This document shows, piece after piece, positions 36,702 to 46,420 of a stretch of DNA of 64,000 bases (position 1 is its first letter; each line of letters starts with the position of its first letter). The DNA comes from Candidatus Buchananbacteria bacterium (lineage in GTDB: Bacteria > Patescibacteriota > Patescibacteriia > Buchananbacterales > UBA6539): NCBI GenBank assembly GCA_041664165.1, contig JBAYLH010000001.1, positions 73,469-137,468 on the forward strand, in the 5' to 3' direction. A program made the translations under genes and the position numbers. Under the pieces are notes generated by a model. That model was given only the letters and a program-made list of their open reading frames with translations, was not told where the DNA came from and made no database searches.

Positions 36702-37160
36702 CTACAAGTCATCTTCGGTAATCACCTTGATCCCATTTTGCAAAAGCAATGCCGTCAAAACACCGTTGCCGTTAACTAAAGTTTTGGCGAATGTGCCGTC
36801 ATACGTTTTGCCGCAACCGCAAGACGGGCTTTTGGCTTTTAAAATTGCCGATTTGGCTCCGCTTAATTTGGCAATTTCTAAAATTTCTTTGGCCCCGGAA
36901 ATAAATTTTGAAGAAACGTCGCTGCCGTCCGGCTCAATTACCTTTGTTTCGCCGCTTAAAACTTTTTCCCCCAACCCGCCTAAAATTTCGGCATCCGGCC
37001 GCGGCGTGGCAAAACCGCCGTAAATTTCCGGACAAACCGGAATAAAACCTTTGCCTTTCAAAAAAACCAAAACTTTTTGGTTTAAGCGATTGCCGCCTTT
37101 GTAATCGCAATTAAGACCCAAAAGGCAGGCACTGACTAAAATTTTTTCTTTTTTTACCAT
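36702..37160 (-). CDS. DUF523 (TudS-like) family protein
   Basis: ILVSACLLGLNCDYKGG N-terminal Cys cluster, and an AGGGAGG SD. Confidence 0.7.
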   Translation of the reverse strand: MVKKEKILVSACLLGLNCDYKGGNRLNQKVLVFLKGKGFIPVCPEIYGGFATPRPDAEILGGLGEKVLSGETKVIEPDGSDVSSKFISGAKEILEIAKLSGAKSAILKAKSPSCGCGKTYDGTFAKTLVNGNGVLTALLLQNGIKVITEDDL

Positions 37161-37185
37161 ACCTCCCTATTATAGACAAACGGCC

Positions 37186-37210
37186 ATAAGAAAACAAATC
37201 CCCGCCTAAA
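37186..37210. repeat. 26-bp direct repeat, copy 1 (ATAAGAAAACAAATCCCCGCCTAAAA), left boundary of the GC-rich cassette
   Basis: 25 of 26 positions identical to copy 2 at 39552..39577. Confidence 0.85.
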
Positions 37211-37297
37211 AACCTAGTTTTTAACATCGCCATTTGGCTTATCTAAAAGTGCAAAATGTGTATGTTGCACTTCGGACCAGAATGCAGGTACATAAGC

Positions 37298-37326
37298 TTG
37301 ACAAAAAAATAAAAAACTTGTATTAT
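37298..37326 (+). promoter_or_regulatory. Sigma70-like promoter of the cassette (TTGACA-N18-TATTAT)
   Basis: TTGACA at 37298-37303 and TATTAT at 37321-37326. The only strong consensus promoter I noticed on the plus strand here. Confidence 0.5.
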
Positions 37327-37481
37327 CTAATATCAGTTCTTTGATAATAAAATGGCTAATTTTACCGACTTAAGGCTTAATTCCTTGAATAGTTCAGGAA
37401 ACTAAGCCCTTAGCCGGTGAAATTGGTTTCATCGGAAATACTGAGGGTTTTTCTCTAAAAATCACGGCAGGAGAGGAGGAA

Positions 37482-37505
37482 ATGGTAATAACGCCGCCTA
37501 TTTGA
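37482..37505 (+). CDS. 7-codon uORF MVITPPI in the cassette leader
   Basis: ATGGTAATAACGCCGCCTATTTGA is preceded by GGAGAGGAGGAA 5 nt upstream. A Pro-Pro-Ile-stop ending makes it a potential stalling peptide. Confidence 0.35.
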   Translation: MVITPPI

Positions 37506-37566
37506 AGGTTTCAAAGAGAGAAAGACTGCGAGAGAGAGTGAGAGATTTAGAGAGAGGAGTACGGCT

Positions 37567-38439
37567 ATGTCGTACCAAAAGAAGCTCGAGAGAGCAGAAG
37601 CGATAGTCGCAGAACACAACGAAAGTGCCGGCGACGAAGGCAAAGTGGATTGGGAAAGTTTCCTGGCCAAGCTGAAAGGGACGGGCGGCACAACCGAGGC
37701 AACCTTAAACAGTTGCACCTGGGAAGACTTACAGGAATGCGGCCTGCCCAAGATGCTGGCGCGAGCGGTTGCCAAGGTTTTCCGCACTGAAGAAGGCGAG
37801 GGTAAGAAAACGCTGATCACGGTAAATAAGGCTCAAGCCATGCCCGTCGCGGAATTGGTCGAGCACTATGACCCGCGTGAGGCGGACAATCCCGTAGGCA
37901 AGCGGCTGGCCGAAATAACGAAAGACCAGCCCTGCATCGTCTTCAACGCGGACGGCACGGTCAACGTCGAAGCATCAACACAGCTCGTGAATGAGCTGCG
38001 GGACAATCTCCCAGCGAGGGAAACCTTCGTCGTTGATGGACGGCCCCAAAAGGTCTTTCGCATCGGCGAACGGCCGGATCAGGTGGCGGATGAAAACCCG
38101 CTTTGGCCGGGTCGAATGTTGCGACCGAACGGTGACTGCGACCAAACCAACCGGAGTTGGACTGGCGTTCCCGACGAAGTGCGTGCCTTGATCTACTTGG
38201 CGCGCACCGAGACGAACGAACTCAATTCCGTGGGTGTGATGGAAGCCAATGCGGTTTTGGATCTGGCAACCGGCGACAACGCCGCGGATAAGATTCGCCA
38301 GCACTTTCCTAAAGCGTCGGTCAAGTACGACGAGCTGAAAGCGATTGGCAACCTGCCATCGCTCAAGCTTGCCCGGACCGGTAGCAGCGGTAGTAGTGCA
38401 GCAAATCAGCCGTTTACCCACAGGAACCGGATATTCTAA
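37567..38439 (+). CDS. Hypothetical protein A of the GC-rich cassette (290 aa)
   Basis: GAGAGGAG SD upstream. The composition is acidic and GC-rich. No family recognised. Confidence 0.6.
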   Translation: MSYQKKLERAEAIVAEHNESAGDEGKVDWESFLAKLKGTGGTTEATLNSCTWEDLQECGLPKMLARAVAKVFRTEEGEGKKTLITVNKAQAMPVAELVEHYDPREADNPVGKRLAEITKDQPCIVFNADGTVNVEASTQLVNELRDNLPARETFVVDGRPQKVFRIGERPDQVADENPLWPGRMLRPNGDCDQTNRSWTGVPDEVRALIYLARTETNELNSVGVMEANAVLDLATGDNAADKIRQHFPKASVKYDELKAIGNLPSLKLARTGSSGSSAANQPFTHRNRIF

Positions 38440-38515
38440 GGGACGGCCACAACCGGCAGGGGGGGGACGAGTTTATTCTTCGTCCTCTCCCCTGCCAACT
38501 GAAAGGAGTTCTGCG

Positions 38516-39484
38516 ATGAACACAAACGACCCATTTACGGGGTTTAGTGGCAACCCCATAATGAGAATCAATGACTTGGCCTGTACGCTGAATATGCCGC
38601 GCCGACTACAACAACGATTCAGCGCGGATCAGCGGGAAGTTGCTCAAAGTTTGCCGGAACGCAATCGGCGAGCGGCTTTCGTAGTCGACGAATACCCGGC
38701 TTGTCCCGACAACTGGATGCGCGGTTCAGCCAAAGAAGCCAGCTACTTCGTGCCGGTTTTAGCCGATCACGGTCTGTGGCTAGATTTCAACGACAACAAA
38801 GATCACAGCCACCACGTGGCGGCAGTGATCTCGATTCAGGGAGTCAACGCCATCACCGGCCAGCCGACCAGCGACATGTACCTTGAGCAGTACCGAGACA
38901 ATTGCCCGGTACACCAGATTCCGTTCGGACACGAACGCTTCTGTGAGAAGTGCGGATACAAATGGGAAGCCCAGAACTATCTGGCCGGCAATGCTCAATC
39001 CAATGGCTACTTCTGGTTGGATGGCTTTCGGGCCAAGGACGGAGAGACCAGGCAGTTTTACTTCACCGAAGAGACACTCCGTGGAGTTGCGGCCCAAATC
39101 CTCGGCAGTGAGAGAGTTTTTGCCATCGGCATCGCCTTTTTCCTCAGCAAGGAACCAAAGCCGCAGCCAGTGGTAGCTGACGCCTACGGTTATTTAGGCG
39201 GCGGCGCGATGCGAGGCTTCCTTTCGTCCTTCAATGAAAGAACGTTGGGTATACCTGATTTCCAGGAACGGACTTTGGAAATTGCTGCCGGAGCCAAAAT
39301 CAATCAACGGATCCACCCTGATCCAGAGAGCCTGGATTTTTGGCAGCCTGAACCCGCCGGAGTAATCTACGTCAACTACGTGGATGCCGAAACCGGCTGG
39401 CAAATCGTTACTGCCGGTAAACGCGACCTCGAGGCTCAAGGCGAAGGGTTCATGAGTACTCTCAAGGTTGGCGTGCAAACCTAG
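38516..39484 (+). CDS. Hypothetical protein B of the GC-rich cassette (322 aa) with a CxxH...CxxC putative metal-binding motif
   Basis: AAAGGAG SD 7 nt before the ATG at 38516. The track's longer frame from 38345 lacks an RBS. The motif is CPVHQIPFGHERFCEKCG. Confidence 0.6.
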   Translation: MNTNDPFTGFSGNPIMRINDLACTLNMPRRLQQRFSADQREVAQSLPERNRRAAFVVDEYPACPDNWMRGSAKEASYFVPVLADHGLWLDFNDNKDHSHHVAAVISIQGVNAITGQPTSDMYLEQYRDNCPVHQIPFGHERFCEKCGYKWEAQNYLAGNAQSNGYFWLDGFRAKDGETRQFYFTEETLRGVAAQILGSERVFAIGIAFFLSKEPKPQPVVADAYGYLGGGAMRGFLSSFNERTLGIPDFQERTLEIAAGAKINQRIHPDPESLDFWQPEPAGVIYVNYVDAETGWQIVTAGKRDLEAQGEGFMSTLKVGVQT

Positions 39485-39507
39485 TAGAACCATCAGTATT
39501 AAATTAA

Positions 39508-39546
39508 AGGGGTGCTTTGGCATAAGCTAGCACCCCTGTTTTTTTT
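39508..39546 (+). terminator. Strong rho-independent terminator of the cassette
   Basis: AGGGGTGCT-ttggcataagct-AGCACCCCT followed by T8-9. Confidence 0.8.
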
Positions 39547-39551
39547 AAACA

Positions 39552-39577
39552 ATAAGAAAACAAATCCCCGCCTAGAA
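39552..39577. repeat. 26-bp direct repeat, copy 2 (ATAAGAAAACAAATCCCCGCCTAGAA), right boundary of the cassette
   Basis: See copy 1. Confidence 0.85.
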
Positions 39578-39620
39578 GGATTTGTCTCTTTGTTAATTAA
39601 TTCTTATCCTAAAACTAGGA

Positions 39621-41960
39621 TTAGCCGCATTTAGAAAAACCGCAAGACCGGCACTTGAGACAGCCTTCCGCAATCTCTAGGATATTGCCACATTCCGGGC
39701 ATTCCGGCGCTTCGCCGTAATCAGCAATGGTGCGCTTAATATTCAAGCCGTTGCCATTTTTGGCGGCTGGCACCGCTTTATTCATTGAATCTTTGGAAAC
39801 ATGGCTGCCGTTATGAAATTCCAAGCCTAAGGCCGGCTGGTTTTGCGTGATATGGCGTTCTAAAATCTGGGCAATCGCGTCAGGCAGCGATAAAATCATG
39901 CCGCCTTCGCTCCACGACGGCATCGGCCCGCGAATGCCTTTGATTTGTTTGATAACCTCTTCCGGCGGAATTCCGGCCCGCAAAGCCAAAGAAATTAAGC
40001 GGCAGACCGCTTCCGATTTGGCCGAGAAAAATCCGCCCGCTTTACCGATGGTGGCAAAAACCTCAAACGGCCGACCGGTTTCATCGTCATTAATCGTAAC
40101 GTATAAATCGCCGTAAGAAGTATTGATCTTATAAGTCGTGCCTCGCATCGCCATTGGCCGTTCCCGCTTATAAAAAGGCTTGGCCGCGGCTTCTTCTTTG
40201 GGCTTGGCCGCGGTGCCGGCGGTTAAAACTTGAACGTCGCGGCTGCCGTCGCGATAAATCGTTATCCCCTTGCAGCCGGTTTCATAAGCCAAAAGGTAAG
40301 CCTTGGCAATATCTTCCACCGTCGCGCTGTGCGGAAAATTAATGGTTTTCGAAACCGCGTTATCGATATATTTTTGAAAAATACTCTGCATCCGGATATG
40401 CCATTCCGGGCTGATATCATGAGCCGTCACAAAAATTCTTTTGACTTCGTCGGGCACTTCGGAAAATTCATTGATCGAACCGGCTTTAGAAATTTTTTCC
40501 ATCAATTCTTTGGAATAAAAACCCCTTTCTTTGGCAATAGCTTCAAAATAAGGATTAACTTCCATTAATTCAACCCAGTCGTCACCTTTGCGGCCGATAT
40601 GAGACTTGCGGATATAGGCTAGGGCAAAAAGCGGCTCGATGCCGGAAGAACAAGAAGCAATAATGCTTAAAGTGCCGGTTGGCGCAATGGTCGTCCGGGT
40701 CGCGTTTCTAATTCCCTGGCTTTCCGGCGTATCGTAAATACTGCCTTCAAAATTGGGAAAAACGCCTTTTTCTTTGGCTAAAGCAATGGAAGTAACGTCA
40801 GCGGTGTCTTTGATAAATTTCATCACTTTTTCCGCCAAATTGATCGCTTCGGAAGAATTGTAAGCAATACCCAAATCAACCAGCAGGTCGGCCCAGCCCA
40901 TCACGCCCAGCCCGATTTTGCGGTTGCTGCGAGTCATGTCGGCAATCTCTTTGATCGGGTACTGATTCATGTCGATGACATCATCGAGGAACCGAACAGC
41001 GGTTTTAACCACTTCGCCGAGCCTCTCCCAGTCAATTTTTCCTTCGTTAATGAATTTGGCCAGATTAATCGAGCCTAAATTGCAGGATTCATACGGTAAC
41101 AGCGGCTGTTCACCGCAAGGATTGGTGCTTTCAATGGCGCCGACATGAGGCGTTGGATTAAGCTTGTTAATCGAATCAATAAAAACCACGCCGGGATCGC
41201 CATTTTTCCAGGCATGGTTGACGATTTTATCCCAAACTTCCTTAGCTTTCAATTTTTTCGCCACCTGGCCGTCATGCGGATTAATCAATTCATATTCATC
41301 GTCTTTATCCAAAGCCTGCATGAATTTATCAGTGATGGCCACGGACAAATTGAAATTATTAAGCTTATCGCTTTGCTCTTTGGCGGAAATAAAAGCTAAA
41401 ATATCGGGATGATCAACCCGTAAAATTCCCATGTTGGCCCCGCGGCGAGTTCCGCCCTGCTTAATCGTTTCCGTGGCGGCGTCAAAAACCGTCATGAAAG
41501 AAATCGGACCGGAAGCTAAGCCGCTGGTTGACCGCACCGGGTCTTTCGCCGGCCGGAGCCGGGAAAAAGAAAAACCCGTGCCGCCGCCGGATTTATGAAT
41601 CAAAGCCGTATTTTTAATCGCGCCGAAAATTCCTTCCATTGAGTCGTCAACCGGCAAAACAAAGCAGGCGGAAAGCTGGCCGAGTTTGGTGCCGGCGCCG
41701 GAAAACGTCGGGCTGTTGGGCAAAAACTCCAAATTTACCATGATTTCCAAAAAAGCCCGCTCTAATTCCTCTTTTTTCTCTTTAGAAACGCTAGTGTATT
41801 TATCCTCAGCTTTAATAATGTAACCGGAAACCCGCTTGAACATCTCCATCGGCTTTTCCACCACCTTGCCTTCGTCATCTTTCAAAAGATAACGGCTTTC
41901 CAGCACTTTTAAAGCATTTTTAGTTAATTTTAATTTTGGTTCACCAATGCCTAAAATCAT
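39621..41960 (-). CDS. nrdJ: Adenosylcobalamin-dependent ribonucleoside-diphosphate reductase (class II, NrdJ)
   Basis: 779 aa with RNR class II core motifs and a C-terminal CPECGN...[13 protein letters not shown] zinc-ribbon tail. Confidence 0.88.
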   Translation of the reverse strand: MILGIGEPKLKLTKNALKVLESRYLLKDDEGKVVEKPMEMFKRVSGYIIKAEDKYTSVSKEKKEELERAFLEIMVNLEFLPNSPTFSGAGTKLGQLSACFVLPVDDSMEGIFGAIKNTALIHKSGGGTGFSFSRLRPAKDPVRSTSGLASGPISFMTVFDAATETIKQGGTRRGANMGILRVDHPDILAFISAKEQSDKLNNFNLSVAITDKFMQALDKDDEYELINPHDGQVAKKLKAKEVWDKIVNHAWKNGDPGVVFIDSINKLNPTPHVGAIESTNPCGEQPLLPYESCNLGSINLAKFINEGKIDWERLGEVVKTAVRFLDDVIDMNQYPIKEIADMTRSNRKIGLGVMGWADLLVDLGIAYNSSEAINLAEKVMKFIKDTADVTSIALAKEKGVFPNFEGSIYDTPESQGIRNATRTTIAPTGTLSIIASCSSGIEPLFALAYIRKSHIGRKGDDWVELMEVNPYFEAIAKERGFYSKELMEKISKAGSINEFSEVPDEVKRIFVTAHDISPEWHIRMQSIFQKYIDNAVSKTINFPHSATVEDIAKAYLLAYETGCKGITIYRDGSRDVQVLTAGTAAKPKEEAAAKPFYKRERPMAMRGTTYKINTSYGDLYVTINDDETGRPFEVFATIGKAGGFFSAKSEAVCRLISLALRAGIPPEEVIKQIKGIRGPMPSWSEGGMILSLPDAIAQILERHITQNQPALGLEFHNGSHVSKDSMNKAVPAAKNGNGLNIKRTIADYGEAPECPECGNILEIAEGCLKCRSCGFSKCG

Positions 41961-42171
41961 AAAAATTCAATATTTTAACCGCTTTTTAAGCGAACAAAAA
42001 ATAAGACATAGTCTTGCCTTATTTAAAATTTTAAAACCAGCCGCCTCTTTTTATTTTTTCCGCTTTTATTTTTTCCGCCGGTAGGCGGGCTTTTTATTTG
42101 GCTTTTATATTTTACTTTTAAATTTTATTTTTGTCTAATTTCTTGCCTTGACTCCTCTATTTCGGCCGCTA

Positions 42172-42320
42172 TTTCATCTTTTTCCGAATGAAGGCGGGCC
42201 TGCCCCGCCGAAATCCACTAAACTTCACTTACTTCATCTTTTTCCGAATGAAGGCGGGCTTACCGCGCCGAAATCCACTAAAACTTCAATTACTTCATCT
42301 TTTTCCGAATGAAGGCGGGA
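42172..42320. repeat. Tandem ~61-bp repeat (2.5 copies) spanning the ftsZ 3' end
   Basis: The unit TTCATCTTTTTCCGAATGAAGGCGGGC-N-CGCCGAAATCCACTAAA(A)CTTCA-TTAC occurs at 42172, 42233 and 42294. Each copy encodes PAFIRKKMK-stop on the minus strand. Confidence 0.85.
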
Positions 42321-43456
42321 ATTTCCAATTCCTCTTCTTCCGCGGATTTTTCCGGCTCTTTGACAAAAAGCTTTCGAACCGGTTTTTTCGAAATTCGGGC
42401 AACATCGCTTAGCTCTTCTTTCTGAGTCTGAGTTTCGATAAAGTCGCTGGGAACATAGGCTGACTCGCGGTTTCTCACGACATCAGAAGCCACTTTATTT
42501 TCCCGCTCCGAAAAGCCGGTCGCAATCACGGTAATTTTAACCTCATCTTTCATCTCATCATCAATCACTGCTCCAAAAATTATTTTAGCGCCGGAATCGG
42601 CGGATTGGGTAATGATTTTGGCGGCTTCGTTGACTTCATGCATCCCTAAAGACGGTCCGCCGACAATGGTAAACAAAATTCCCTTGGCTCCGTCGATAGA
42701 AAGCTCAAGCAAGGGGCTAGAAATCGCCTGTTTGGCCGCCTGGGTCGCCCGGTTATCGCCGCTGCCTTGGCCAATACCCATCAAAGCCGAACCGGTTTCT
42801 TTCATAATCGCCTTAACATCGGCAAAATCAACATTAATCAAGCCGGGAACCGTAATAATTTCAGCAATCCCCTGGACTCCCTGGCGTAAAACGTCATCAC
42901 AAATTTTAAAAGCTTCCAAAAGCGAAGTTTTTTTATCAATAATTTGCAGCAGCCGGTCGTTAGGAATAGTAATAATCGCATCGACTTTATCTTTAAGTTC
43001 GCGCAAACCGGCTTCGGCAATTTCCCGGCGCTGAGCGCCTTCAAAAGTAAAAGGCTTGGTCACGACCGCCACGGTTAGCGCGCCCATTTCTTTGCCCAGC
43101 TGAGCGACAATCGGCGCGGCGCCAGTCCCGGTTCCGCCGCCTAAGCCGCAAGTAACAAAAACCATGTCAGCGCCTTTAATCAAATCCCTGATTTCATTTT
43201 GATTTTCTTCGGCGGATTTGGCGCCGACTTCCGGATCCATACCTGCGCCTAAGCCGCGGGTGGTCGTTTTGCCAATATGCAATTTAGTGTTGGCCTGAGA
43301 ATGATGCAAGGCCTGAACGTCAGTATTAATGGCTAGAAAATCAACGCCCTTAATTTTTGAGCGGACCATCCGATTAATCGCCGAGCCGCCGGAGCCGCCA
43401 ACGCCAACCACTTTAATTTTAGCAAAAGTTTCTATTTCTGGTTTAATTTCGGCCAT
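42290..43456 (-). CDS. ftsZ: Cell division protein FtsZ
   Basis: [13 protein letters not shown] tubulin signature, and the conserved C-terminal IPAFIRKK tail. Confidence 0.95.
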   Translation of the reverse strand: MAEIKPEIETFAKIKVVGVGGSGGSAINRMVRSKIKGVDFLAINTDVQALHHSQANTKLHIGKTTTRGLGAGMDPEVGAKSAEENQNEIRDLIKGADMVFVTCGLGGGTGTGAAPIVAQLGKEMGALTVAVVTKPFTFEGAQRREIAEAGLRELKDKVDAIITIPNDRLLQIIDKKTSLLEAFKICDDVLRQGVQGIAEIITVPGLINVDFADVKAIMKETGSALMGIGQGSGDNRATQAAKQAISSPLLELSIDGAKGILFTIVGGPSLGMHEVNEAAKIITQSADSGAKIIFGAVIDDEMKDEVKITVIATGFSERENKVASDVVRNRESAYVPSDFIETQTQKEELSDVARISKKPVRKLFVKEPEKSAEEEELEIPAFIRKKMK

Positions 43457-43459
43457 AGA

Positions 43460-44713
43460 TTAAGGAATTATCTTTTTAAACCACTTCTTAGTTTGTTTAG
43501 TAACGCCTTTAAAATTAGAAAAATAATTTAATAGTTTGCCAAAGCCTTTCTTTCCCCGGCTGCTTTGGAGCTGGCTGCCCCAAATGACCAAGCCAATGGC
43601 CGTCGAAAAAGACGGATCATTAACTTTATCAATCGCACTGGTGATATTCAACGGCCGGCCGATGCTGGCTGGCAGCCGCAATTTGCTTTTGGCGGCTTCG
43701 GTTAAATTATTGAGCTTGGCGCCGCCGCCGGTTAGGACTACGCCTGCGGGTAGCTTACCACTTTTATCAACCTTTTTCAATTCAGCATCGATCTTTTCAA
43801 AAATTTCTTCCACCCGGGCTTCCGTGATTTCGGCGACATATTTCCGGGAGACAAAATTGCTCTCCGAGCCTTCCAATTCGCCGATATCAATTTCGTCTTT
43901 TTTGCCGATATTTTGGGAAAAAGCCGTGCCGTATTCCAATTTTATTTTTTCCGCCGTGTCGATAGGAATTCTTAAACCAATAGCGATGTCTGACGTAATA
44001 TGGTCGGAACCGACCGGCAAAACTGCCGTGTGTAAAATATCTCCTTCTTCAAAAACCGCCAGGCTGGTGGTTGAACCGCCGATATTAATCACCGCAACGC
44101 CGAGCTCTTTTTGCCGGTTAGTTACCACGGCTTCTGACGTGGCTAAAACCGATAAAACCAAATCTTCAATATTGACGCTGGTGCGGTAAATCGCTTTGGT
44201 TAAATTTTTAATCTGGGAACTTAAGCCCTGAATAATCTGGGTATCGACTTCCAGTCTGACGCCGGTCATCCCTAGCGGATCTTTAATGCCGATTTGCCCG
44301 TCAACGGTAAAACTTTTTGGAATAACGTGTAAAATTTCATAATTAGGCGGCGTGGCCACGGTTCGGGCAGCTTCAATTGAACGCTCAATGTCATCTTCGG
44401 AAATTTCTCCGTCCGAGCGGGCAACGGCAATCACGCCCCGGCTTTCCTGAGAAATGATATGACTGCCGGAAATTCCGACCCAGGCATTTTGAACCGGAAC
44501 GCCGACCATTCTTTCGGCTTTTTCCAGACAGGCTGAAATCGAAGAAACCGCATCTTCAATGCTGCTGATGATGCCTTTGCTAATGCCGTCGGCCGGCACT
44601 TCGGCCGCGGCGATAATATGGATTTTTTCCAAATCGCCGACGCTTTGGCCGACAGCCAGCCGAATCGTATTTGAGCCGATATCTAAACCGGTGATTAATT
44701 CTTGTTCTGCCAT
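43460..44713 (-). CDS. ftsA: Cell division protein FtsA
   Basis: Actin-like ATPase fold motifs (GLDIGS, DIGGGTT). It lies immediately upstream of ftsZ. Confidence 0.9.
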   Translation of the reverse strand: MAEQELITGLDIGSNTIRLAVGQSVGDLEKIHIIAAAEVPADGISKGIISSIEDAVSSISACLEKAERMVGVPVQNAWVGISGSHIISQESRGVIAVARSDGEISEDDIERSIEAARTVATPPNYEILHVIPKSFTVDGQIGIKDPLGMTGVRLEVDTQIIQGLSSQIKNLTKAIYRTSVNIEDLVLSVLATSEAVVTNRQKELGVAVINIGGSTTSLAVFEEGDILHTAVLPVGSDHITSDIAIGLRIPIDTAEKIKLEYGTAFSQNIGKKDEIDIGELEGSESNFVSRKYVAEITEARVEEIFEKIDAELKKVDKSGKLPAGVVLTGGGAKLNNLTEAAKSKLRLPASIGRPLNITSAIDKVNDPSFSTAIGLVIWGSQLQSSRGKKGFGKLLNYFSNFKGVTKQTKKWFKKIIP

Positions 44714-44859
44714 AAAGTTAGCTTGTAGTTTTTAGTTATTAGCTATTAGTTTACAGGAGGATAAACTCCCTAGTAAAACTATTCACTAAACTATTACTTA
44801 CTAAATATTTTAACATAAAAGCGGCAAACCGACAACCACCTCGATCAAGTCCTAAATTC

Positions 44860-44955
44860 TAATACCTAAATCCTAAACAAATTCTAAATCATAAATTCCA
44901 ATTTTCCAAACGGTTTAGGATTTGTGATTTTGGAAATTGTAATTTGTTTATGATT
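44860..44955. repeat. AT-rich imperfect palindrome / AATYCTAA motif array upstream of ftsA
   Basis: AAATTCTAA, AAATCCTAA and TTAGGATTT units in both orientations, symmetric about ~44925. Confidence 0.6.
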
Positions 44956-45395
44956 TAGGATTTAATGCTTAGGATTTTACTCTCCAGCTGCCTCATTACC
45001 TCACTTTCCTTGGGCTTTTCGTGATTATAGCCCAAAAGGTGCAAAAAACCATGGGTGACCAAAAGTTGCAGCTCCTTTTCCAAAGCCTGGCCGGCTTGCC
45101 GCGCCTGAATTTGAGCCTGAGGCAGGCAAATAATGATTTCCCCTAAATAGCTGTCATCGCCGAAATTAAATTTGTCGCGGCTGTCTTTTTCGCCGAAACT
45201 CAAGACGTCGGTAACTTTATTAATTTTGCGGTAAATCAAATTAAGCTTTTTCATTTCTGACCGGCCGACTAAGCCGACGGAAAGCTCCAGCCGTTTTTTG
45301 ATTTTTAAAGATTTCTCAATTTTTTTAAACCACTGCCGCCAGAAGCAATTTTTAATCCCCTTGCCGATTTTCTGATTGACCAAAAAATTAATCAT
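44955..45395 (-). CDS. ybeY: rRNA maturation endoribonuclease YbeY
   Basis: HGFLHLLGYNHE zinc-binding motif. Confidence 0.85.
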   Translation of the reverse strand: MINFLVNQKIGKGIKNCFWRQWFKKIEKSLKIKKRLELSVGLVGRSEMKKLNLIYRKINKVTDVLSFGEKDSRDKFNFGDDSYLGEIIICLPQAQIQARQAGQALEKELQLLVTHGFLHLLGYNHEKPKESEVMRQLESKILSIKS

Positions 45396-45398
45396 CGC

Positions 45399-46373
45399 TT
45401 AAGGCGTTAATCTAAAACTTTTTACCATAATCTGAAAAGTCGTAAAGAAATTTGTCTCCGTAAAGCTGCCGGTATTATAAGTCAGGATGTAAACTCGGCT
45501 ATTATCGCCGTCTTTCATCAGATAATAACTCAAATTATCGGGGCTGCGCAAGCCTGAAGCATCATTAACCCTGATGTTAGTAACAGTAGCCGGATCAATT
45601 TCCGGAAATTGCTTTTTATACCAATCAATTGAGGCGAGATTTTCTGAATTAGAAATGACTAAAACTTCAATGAACTCCCCGGTAGCCGACACAAATAAAA
45701 CTTCGCTTTTTTGAGGGTCTTGCTCCCGAACCGTCCAGTTTACCGGATAAACAATTGAGTAAAACTGGTGGCTGTAAGCCGAAAATAAATTTGAGGCGGC
45801 TAAGCTGCCGGCAATTTTAGTCGGATCGTAGCCATTCAAAAGTTCCGAACCGTCGGCATAACCGTCGCCGTCAGTATCCGCGACGGCCGAATTGGTACCA
45901 TATAAGCTTTCTTCAGCGGCGGTTAAACCGTCGTTGTCGCTATCCAAAGCGGTCGGCAGCGGCTGAGGCCGGGAATAATTGGTATTAAGATTGGCGTTAC
46001 TGTTCAAATTGGCAGTAGTGCTGGGGGTTTCGTTAGTATTAGCATTGGCTGCCTCATTGGTATTCAGGTTGGCGTTACTGTTTAAATTTTCGTTAAGGGG
46101 CGGATTATTGGTGTTGCTATTGGCGTTTTGATTTTCTGAGTTGGCATTAACCATCGGCTGGAGCCGGTTTTTCTTCAAATTTTCATTTAGATAAAAAGCC
46201 GCGACGGCCAAACCGCCAATGACTAAAATGCCGATAATGATAATGATGATTAAGCCGGAGTTTTTCTTTTTCGGCGCCACATAAAACCGTTCCGGCATGA
46301 CGTGAATCTGTTTGATTAATTCAGGATCGGCGGTAAAATTTTTATTTAATTTTTGTTTTTTTTCTTTAAACAT
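45399..46373 (-). CDS. Membrane-anchored Asn-rich protein with thrombospondin type-3-like Ca-binding repeats
   Basis: N-terminal TM, an N/S-rich low-complexity region, and DSDNDGLTAAEE...DTDGDGYADGSE repeats. Confidence 0.55.
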   Translation of the reverse strand: MFKEKKQKLNKNFTADPELIKQIHVMPERFYVAPKKKNSGLIIIIIIGILVIGGLAVAAFYLNENLKKNRLQPMVNANSENQNANSNTNNPPLNENLNSNANLNTNEAANANTNETPSTTANLNSNANLNTNYSRPQPLPTALDSDNDGLTAAEESLYGTNSAVADTDGDGYADGSELLNGYDPTKIAGSLAASNLFSAYSHQFYSIVYPVNWTVREQDPQKSEVLFVSATGEFIEVLVISNSENLASIDWYKKQFPEIDPATVTNIRVNDASGLRSPDNLSYYLMKDGDNSRVYILTYNTGSFTETNFFTTFQIMVKSFRLTP

Positions 46374-46420
46374 AAAAACCGGTTGCTTTAGTCAATTGCG
46401 CCTAATTAGTTTAGCACCAA

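Noticed and set aside
36592-37023. 143-aa plus-strand ORF overlapping the DUF523 gene
   Set aside because: It is antisense to a well-supported CDS with an SD. No RBS is present and the composition is Pro/Ser-rich and spurious.
38345-38515. N-terminal extension of cassette ORF B starting at 38345 (track version, 379 aa)
   Set aside because: There is no RBS, and it overlaps the ORF A terminus and the intergenic hairpin. ATG 38516 has a perfect AAAGGAG SD at optimal spacing.
39621-41960. A B12 riboswitch upstream of nrdJ
   Set aside because: The upstream region (41961-42170) is AT-rich with simple T-runs and a small GC hairpin, and has none of the conserved cobalamin-aptamer segments.
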